This document shows positions 52,901-64,000 of a stretch of DNA of 64,000 bases, in pieces; positions within the stretch are counted from its first letter, which is position 1, and the number at the start of each line of letters is the position of its first letter. The position numbers and the translations under genes are program-made. The notes below the pieces were generated by a model that worked only from the letters and a program-made list of their open reading frames with translations, ran no database searches and was not told where the DNA came from. This stretch comes from Eledone cirrhosa (taxonomy: Eukaryota): NCBI GenBank assembly GCA_964016885.1, contig OZ024743.1, positions 163,246,001 through 163,310,000 on the forward strand, given 5' to 3'.

Positions 52901-54423
52901 TTTTAGTTAATATATAGAACCTGTCGATAATCCATTAGATTCCTTCACCTTTTTCTTTTTAAATTTTCTTCCTAAATATAAACATGGATATAATAAACTA
53001 CTCTAAAATGTCTATACTTCCAATGTATTAAATAAAATATACGTAAGGTAAATTTCTATATTAAATATAAGGTTATCTGTAGAATCATTGGGTTTTTAAA
53101 ATTTTTTAAATCTTTTAAATTATTTTTATTTGTTTTGATTATGATAGCTTCTCATAACTTTCACAAGTCTACCCTCTCAATATCTTGATTGAGATATACG
53201 TAGGATAAATTTCTATACTAAATATATAAAACATATTATTTTAACTTAAGATACTCTATAGTGTTTTAATGATATTTAATGCTTTGATATTTCTAGATTT
53301 CTTTTGACTATATAGTTGCATTTTAAATTTGTATTGTTATGGTTATATTTACAAATTATAACCCTTTGGTAATTTATTGATATTGGATTATCTCTATACA
53401 AATGCATATGTGTGTATTAACATGCATAGAAAGTGTTATAGATTTTTTGTGTTTGTATATGTGTCTGTATATATACATGAGTGATGCATGAGGACGCACG
53501 CAAATATTTATTATACATATGTATGTGTATATATGTGTGTGTATATATCTATGTGGTTGAGAGGTATGTTGCAGATGTGCATAATATTAAACACATGAAT
53601 GGTAATCGTATATATGAGGACATGATTGTTAATCGTATATATTTGTATATATATACTGTGAAATTTTTATAACACAATGAGTGTATAGCAGTGATTAAGA
53701 GAAATCATTTACGTTTTGTATGGCTATATTGTTGGCTTGAGTAAACATAATTTCTATTTTCAGGACGTGCGTATCTATATGTATGTATATATACATATAT
53801 ATTTGTATGTCTTTGCATAAAATACTAATCTCTATAGCAAGGATACATTTTGAACTCAGATTTTGGTATATTGATCTCAAGTTTCTAAACTAAACATATG
53901 GTCATTATTGAACAATGTTTAATTTCTCATATTATATATCTATGTCCCATTCATGAATATTGATACTTATATTTATATTTTTATTATTCATTTCATATAA
54001 ATTGTTAACTTAACTTAATATGACATGACGTAAAGTTGTCACTGTCCCCCTCTCTCTGTATAGTATTTCTCTCTCTTGAGTTTCTCTTTCTGTATGATGA
54101 CTTGATATCTCTCTGTTGCTTTCCTTTGTTTTGTTTTTCTTATTCCTTCCTTTTCTTTCTTTTTTATTTCCTCCTATCTTTATCTATCTCTTTCTTTTCT
54201 CCATACTTTTCTCTCTCTCTCCGATATTTCTCCCGGTTTTCTTTCTCTTTTCTTTCTCTCTCTCTGTCTTTGTTCTTTTCTCTTTCTTTCTCTCCGTCTT
54301 TTTCTAATTGTGCTTAACACTATGACTTATTATATGAACAAATCACTATCCAGACAGCCTCCAAAAGTAATGGTTGTATTTTAAAGGGTACGTCAAACCT
54401 ATTTGTAAAACTGTTATATATTG

Positions 54424-54488
54424 TATTTTGTCTGATGAAGGCATACCATAATTTAATGTGGTATCCCTGAAATATGTATAATGAAATA
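54424..54488 (+). ncRNA. Type I hammerhead ribozyme in the PLE 2 3' region
   Basis: Stem I UAUUUUGU/AUGAAAUA; CUGAUGA; 12-position stem II with one C.C mismatch; GAAA; minimal stem III; AUA cleavage triplet. Confidence 0.8.
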
Positions 54489-54740
54489 AATATGGTTTTA
54501 TAAATATAGTTTCCATTTATTAATATCGTATATATATATATATATATATTACGTCATGAGTTCAATTCCTGGTGAAAGTTCGCTAAGAGTGAATGTATAT
54601 GTGGAAAGCTTAGTCATGTGCATGTTAATTCCATGATCAGAGTGTTCCATTGTTCAAACAACTGGACCACTCTATTCTCTCCACAACTTTCTTATTTCAT
54701 CTTTCTCTTCTTCGTCTTCTATATTTTTTCTCCGTGGAAG

Positions 54741-55150
54741 AAAGTTATGTTACATGGCAGTGAGACATGGGCATTGTGTGCAGAGGATCTGCGCAGATTA
54801 TAAAGGAACAAAGCATGCATGCTCCGTTGGATGTGTAATAGTAATATACACGAATGGCAAAACATAAACGAACTAAGAGAGAAATTAGGAATAAGAGGGA
54901 TCAGATGCTGTTTATTTGAGAGAAGATTACGTTGGTATGGTCATATGATAAGCATGAAAGACAACAGCTGTATAAAAAAGTGCAGGGCGATCAAAATTGA
55001 TGGAAGTTTCGGAGTAGGTAGACCCTGAAAAACCTGGGATGACATCATAAAATCCGACCTTGCACACTTACACCTCTCTAAGACAATGTCACTGGACTGA
55101 GACCTTTGGTGCTACGCAGTAATACAGAAGACCTGCCTTCCCTACGTACG
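54741..55150 (+). mobile_element. RTE LINE 3' fragment
   Basis: MLHGSETWAL, RLRWYGHM, GRP. Confidence 0.85.
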
Positions 55151-55943
55151 AAGTTAAACCTCATTCTTCAAGTTATTTACCAAACTTCGATTCTACAGAA
55201 GATTTACTGTGACTCCGCTTCATCACTCTTCAATTCATTACCAAACATTTCACTGCGAAAATGCTACACACCCGAGAAATCGCTTCATCATCGTCTTCAA
55301 CACACAACACTACTAGCTCCCTAGCAAGAAACGATAACATTCTTATACCAAAGATATTCAAAGAAAAAGAACTGGCACTCAAAGAAAAGAAAAACTGAAC
55401 TTTTTGTTAAGAACAATTATAATTTTTTTTGTTTTTACAGGTTATATATGAACGTTTACAGGTTATATATGAACGTTCATTTTTTTGTTTTTGCTGTATT
55501 ATTTGCCTGCACACACACATTTCTTTGTTACACACCAACATTTGTTATCTATAATGTATGTGATATAATTGATTCGTGATAAGGATTCTGCGAGAACACT
55601 TTTCACCTGGTTGAGGTTTCGGAAACTGCTATCGACACATGAAACTCAACTCACCTGGACTCACTCAGGCACGCAACTCGAAATTGCACACACTCACGTC
55701 ATATAACATAAACCTCAATCCAGTTACGACTTCCCTGACTCACTGGGAAAGCATTCATGGAACTGGGTCTGCCACCAGTTTCCACCGTTTCTCCAACGGA
55801 CTCGCCTACAACTTCCCCGACTTACTGGGAAAGTATCATACAAATTACACATCGAGAGCGACCCCGCACGCCAAGACATACCTAATTAACTTCACACACC
55901 CCTAGATCGCTTGATCTTTAGCTTTCTCAATAGAAGGGGGTAC

Positions 55944-56591
55944 TGTAACAGAATTATCCTATGTTTTACCTGGCGAAGATTCGAAACCGAATCTGAGGGT
56001 TCTCGCCTCTAAAACAACCTATTGTTTGGGAGTTCCCACCATTGTCCTGTCAAGAGACAAGTATGATAAACGTACATACCACTTGACCTGTGACCCCAGG
56101 TTCTTGACAGATGAAACACATATGGCTACTCATAAATCAACCCATATACACATCCTTCTAGCAATACGGTTATTACAACTACAAGTACTTTGGGAATCCA
56201 CCAGAGAGACCACGAAGCAGCAGTCCCTGAAGGTTAACGATGTAGCAGACCTTTTACTTTTTCTCTCTCCTGGCCCCAGGCTCTCACATTTCATACCAGC
56301 TCGGCAATTTAACCAACTGCAGGATAGACATACGCACACACACAATAGGTTTACTTATATTTGTTCCTACTCTTTCGGCTTCCTGTTATTTCACTTCTAT
56401 TATATCGTTGTGTTGATACATGCATACATGCTAGCTCGAAGTAGCTAGTCAGCAAATAATGTAGTGATAATTGCTGTCACAATGTACCAACAAGTGAATA
56501 TTGTTATTGTAAAATAAACACTGTCTGCATTACAATTCTGCCATTATTCTTTTTATCATTCATCCTGAAAGGAATACATTTATCCACTACA
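55944..56591 (+). mobile_element. 3' LTR preceded by a polypurine tract
   Basis: AGAAGGGGG PPT, then TGTAAC...CTACA; AATAAA near 56513. Confidence 0.75.
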
Positions 56592-57216
56592 CACATATAT
56601 ATATATAGATATATATATAAATTCGATTTCCCTAGTTCAGGGCTAGAGTAGCCTATAATGAGGAGTGTTTCAGCATTCAGCATTCAGTAGGTCGATCCTA
56701 GGGTTGTCCTTTGATAGTTTCGTGATTAGTAATCCTTGCAGTAGTTACAATAGGTAAAAAGGGGATTAACACAGATAAGTGGTACAGTAGAGTTTATTTC
56801 TAGCATTTACATATGTTTCATCATATATATAGTTGATAAAAGAAATAAAACAAACACAGGGATACAAAAATACAAAGTCGTATATATATATATATACATA
56901 AAGGATGAGGCTGGCAATATGTAATTTGAAAAAAAAAAATTCCCGTTTTGTTTCTTTCTGTCTTTGTTTTATTTGTAAAACATAAACATTGTATTGTATT
57001 GTACAGTAAATTCCAGCAGATGACAATTACTTGTGTTTGTATGTTTGGTGTCTGAGTATGTGCATTGCGTGTATGAATGTCAGTGTGACAATACACTTTA
57101 AAAAAAAAATTGTTTAAAAACTGCGGAGACATTTCTACACCCACAAAATGTGTATGTGTGCCAATACATGTTTGTCTATGTATATAAACAAGCTCTACAG
57201 TCTTCGCTACATTCGA

Positions 57217-57830
57217 ATTGGCAGTATCGGTAGAGGGTCGGGCGCCATGCTTTGAAGCATGGAGTTACCTCCCTTTATGATCTGAGTTCAAATCCCGCCG
57301 AGGTTAACTTTGCCTTTCATCCTTACGGGGTCGATAAAATAAAGTACCAGTAATGCACTGGGATAATTGCTGGCCTGGTGCCAAAAGTAGAAACAGTTAT
57401 ATACATTTTTATTTACGATTGAATTAATATCGTTATTATATAATTGGCAGGGGCGGTGAATTGGCAGTATCGGTAGAGGGTCGGATATGCTTTCCAGCAT
57501 AGTTACGTGCCTTTACGATCTGAGTTCAAATCCCGCCGAGGTTAACTTTGCCTTTCATCCTTACGGAGTCGATAAAATAAAGTACCAGTAATAGACTGGG
57601 TTAATTGCTGGCCTTGTGCCAAAAGTAGAAACAGTTATTATATAATTGGCAGTATCGGTAGAAAGTCGGACACCATGCTTTGAAGCATAGAGTTACGTCC
57701 CTTTATGATCTGAGTTCAAATCCCGCCAAGGTTAACTTTGCCTTTCATTCTTATGGGGTCGTAAGGGAATAAAGTACCAGTAATGTACTGGGTAATTGCT
57801 GGACTTGTGCCTAAAATAGAAACAGTTATT
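57217..57830 (+). mobile_element. Three tandem family-2 SINEs
   Basis: Unit attggcagtatcggtagag...gtagaaacagttat present three times. Confidence 0.9.
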
Positions 57831-58119
57831 ATATATATTATTTACATTCGAGTAAAAATTTTCACTGAAAATTTTTTTAAATTGCACTTGTTGAACACGA
57901 ATTCAATGCACCTGCGCTAACTACTCAGAAGTGGAAGTGAACTGACAGACGGACACGAAAAGTCAAATATTAGTAAGACTTTATTACGAATTTTAATTTG
58001 TCATTTTTACATTTTGAAAGAGTGTCTTGCTCTTTCGTGGTTGGTATTTTAGAATATTAAAATCGATCATAAAATTAAAACAATGTTGTCTCTGATTGAG
58101 ACGAAGTGAGTGTATTTGA

Positions 58120-58629
58120 ATACATATAAAAATGAGAAACTCATCGCTAGAACAGCCATTAAAACAGCTAAATGCTACTATCCCTTTATTATATTTTCTT
58201 GGTATTCTTTCGGCCTTCTATCTGTGCTATTTGTTTTATCACAGACACATCATACCAGCAGAAATAATTGTTTTCTGTTGTTCGATCCAGCATTTTAAAA
58301 TGGTACTTTCAACTAAATCATGCGAAACCATTTTGCTGGTTTAAGAGCTAATGTAGGTGAAGGTGTGTGTGTAAACTTGTCTTGTACATCGCCTTTCTTT
58401 ATTTTCTTCTTCCAGTTACTTCTATGTACCAACACACTTCTCCTTGTCCTCATCTTTCAATCTTTTCTATATTTCATCTGCCTGTCATCCGCCTTGTGGA
58501 TTATCTCTCTGTTGACCACTGGCCACTGGCCTCTGTCCTCTGAGGCATTTTTGTCCACCACTGTTTTTGACAGCATTTAGCTGTTTTAACGGCTGTTCTA
58601 GTGATCAGTTTTCTCCCTTTTTGTATGTA
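58120..58629. mobile_element. MITE-like element with ~55-bp imperfect inverted repeats
   Basis: ctagaacagccattaaaacagctaaatgct versus agcatttagctgttttaacggctgttctag. Confidence 0.6.
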
Positions 58630-58753
58630 TCGATCATAAAATGTTATTTTACGTCACTGAGAAAAATGCCAAAACGTTGCCAATATATATTGCCTTTAGG
58701 ATCAACAATACATCCTTACTTGTTACAATAATTTAGTAACCACGGTATGAGAG

Positions 58754-59010
58754 GGCACAAGGCCTAGTGGTTTTTTGAGTTTGAATCGTGGCTGCACATT
58801 GTGACCTTGAGCAAGACACTTTATTTCACGTTACTCCAATCCTTTCAGTTGGAAAAAATGATTTGTACCTGATTTGTACCTGCACTGTCAGATTAAATCT
58901 TCATGATAACTATGTTAATGGAGCGCATGACTTGACTGCTCGGTCACTTGCACGTAAATTTTGCGAGCAGACTGTTTAAACAACTGGAACACTTGTTGTT
59001 GGAACAGACA
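58754..59010 (+). mobile_element. Degenerate SINE related to family 1
   Basis: ggcacaaggcctagtgg head; ccttgagcaagacactttatttcac core. Confidence 0.6.
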
Positions 59011-59092
59011 GAGATTCAACACACACCATGCTGTATTCTATCGGTTATTTTGACAGCCATGACGGCGACCCTCTCTCTATGATGGCTACCCC

Positions 59093-62127
<3,035 letters not shown>

Positions 62128-62398
62128 GAAAATATCTGTGTATCATCAAACGTTGTACACACAGATTTTTTTCAAGTTCCAATTCAGTTCTAGCACGTGG
62201 CCTGAATTCCTTTTAGAATTCATTGTCCTGCGCATGTATTGTTTTTTTTGGCGGTAATTTACTTCCTCCTTTTTGAATCAATTTGAGTATTTCTTTAGAA
62301 CTGCTGGAGTAGCAACCTAACAGATACCTCAGACACTGATGGTGATTATCGCTAAATACTGATATTGGTTAGATTATCAATATTAGGATTAATGGGCA

Positions 62399-62524
62399 CC
62401 CACTGATGAATTATAATAGCCCACTTGAATATATATCTGTTGATCTTATACAATCTTATACAAGATTGGTATAATTTCACCTAAATTGTAGGAATCTTAT
62501 AATGAAACGAGACGTCCGTCTGGG
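62399..62524 (+). ncRNA. Type I hammerhead with an ~80-nt insertion in stem II
   Basis: CCCA-CUGAUGA-AUUAUAA...UUAUAAU-GAAA-CGAGACGUCCG-UC-UGGG; GUC cleavage triplet. Confidence 0.78.
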
Positions 62525-62559
62525 AAGAGATATGTTCGATATGTCTCATATGAAATAAT

Positions 62560-62738
62560 TGTTTCTACTTTAGGCACAAGGCCAGCAATTACCCAGTACA
62601 TTACTGGTACTTTATTTTATCGACCCCGTAAGGATGAAAGGCAAAGTTAACCTCGGCGGGATTTGAACTCAGAATGGCAAGGGCCGTAACTCTATGCGTC
62701 AAAGCATGGTGTCTGACCCTCTACCGATACGGCCAATC
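62560..62738 (-). mobile_element. Family-2 SINE with 13-bp TSD CATATGAAATAAT
   Basis: TSD at 62547-62559 and 62739-62751. Confidence 0.88.
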
Positions 62739-62886
62739 CATATGAAATAATACAGCCAATTTTCCACACAATACATTTAGTTAGCACCCCGAACGCTTAA
62801 TTGGGAATATACTCACTTATTTCCTAATGTTTGTTGAGTGAGTTGGAATTTGGCCGGAGTATCGCTAAAAGCTTTCTCCGATAATG

Positions 62887-62921
<35 letters not shown>

Positions 62922-62923
<2 letters not shown>

Positions 62924-63850
62924 TCTGAAAGTACTGTAGCTAGAGTCAGAACTGGTTGGAAAAAGTTCAGAGAGCTTATACCACTATTAGCTGCTAAAGG
63001 GTTCTCCCTAAGAATGAAAGGCAGGTTGTATGATGCCTGCATACGAACAGCAATGTTGCATGGCAGTGAGACCTGGGCATTGTGTGCAGAGGATATACGC
63101 AGACTAGAGAGGAACGAAGCTTGCATGCTCCGCTGGATGTGTAACAGTAATATACGTGAACGGCAAAGCATAAACGAACTAAGAAAAAAATTAGAGATAA
63201 GAGGGATCAGATGTTGTTTACTCGAGAGAAGGCTACGTTGGTATGGACACGTGATGCGCATGAAAGTCGATAGCTGTATAACAAAGTGCAGGGCAATAAA
63301 GATAGACGGTAGTCACGGAATAGGCAGACCTAGAAAAACCTGGGACGAGCTGATAAACTCCGACATCACACACTTACACCTCTCCAAGACAATGTCACTG
63401 GACCGAGACCTTTGGCGGTACTCAGTAACAGAGAAGACCCGCCTTACCTAAATATATAGTAAAACCTACTCCAGCCAGTAGGCATCTCTAACAAAATACA
63501 CCCCGTCCCCCCACCACCACCCCCACCCCATCCACACCACCCCGTTCTATGTAAAGTTATGTTGGTGCCGCGCCATCGAGGCCGAAACAAATGAGATCGT
63601 GTAGGTGTCACGACAAAAAAACACACAGTCCACGCTGTAATGTGGCCGTGTAGGCAACACGGTAAAAACCTCCCAGACCCACACTGTAAATGTGGTTGGT
63701 GTTAGGAAGGGCATCCAACTGTAGAAAACCTGCCAGACAGTCCTATGCGAGCAAGACAATCACTCTTGCCTCAAGTGGGACTACCCCCGTCCAAACCCAT
63801 GCAAGCGTGGAACACGGACGTTAAACGTTGATGATGATGATGATGATGAT
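62922..63850 (+). mobile_element. 5'-truncated RTE LINE with (ATG)n tail
   Basis: Near-identical to the inverted copy at 14208-15100. Confidence 0.93.
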
Positions 63851-64000
63851 ATAATTTTTGAAAAAATATGTGTATACAGTCATATATCATCAGAGAATCA
63901 TATAGTTTTCTGTACATATATATAAAAAACATATAATATTTTGGAAACACCGTGTGTTTTAAGGTGGAAAAATAAAAATTCCTTACGGTGTTGTTTCATA

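Larger units (their letters stand above)
49636..54740. mobile_element. Penelope-like element 2 arranged as a palindrome: arms 49636-51774 and 52603-54740, 828-bp spacer; 5'-truncated RT thumb + GIY-YIG ORF on minus (52602->51494)
   Basis: FLDVTL, SNHP, RNILWFAPPFS, CNCR..CPL, VVY...YVGST, CDLC, CRH motifs; mirrored ORFs in the ORF track. Confidence 0.93.

Overview
AT-rich, intron-containing animal DNA. The SINE, RTE and (TA)n landscape suggests an octopod cephalopod (inference). Two host genes lie on the minus strand: the first three coding exons of ASNSD1 (2788->544, continuing off the left edge) and a complete three-exon NDUFB7 (22271->17466, 128 aa). Nearly everything else is nested, decayed mobile DNA: CsRn1-type Gypsy elements and LTRs, RTE LINEs, CRE-like RLE retrotransposons (one apparently with a PHD finger), a Helitron array, three distinct Penelope-like elements (PLEs), tRNA-derived SINEs and MITEs. 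The ORF track misses three things. (1) At least five different type I hammerhead ribozyme motifs, two of them in small non-coding, microsatellite-embedded, retrozyme-like units with extended stem II (59183-59773 and 62125-62890). (2) A 5.1-kb PLE palindrome with ~2.14-kb arms. (3) CRE-like copies found only immediately upstream of the two host genes, repeatedly interrupted by TGTAG-type LTRs. All calls were made by eye; no searches or folding programs were run.
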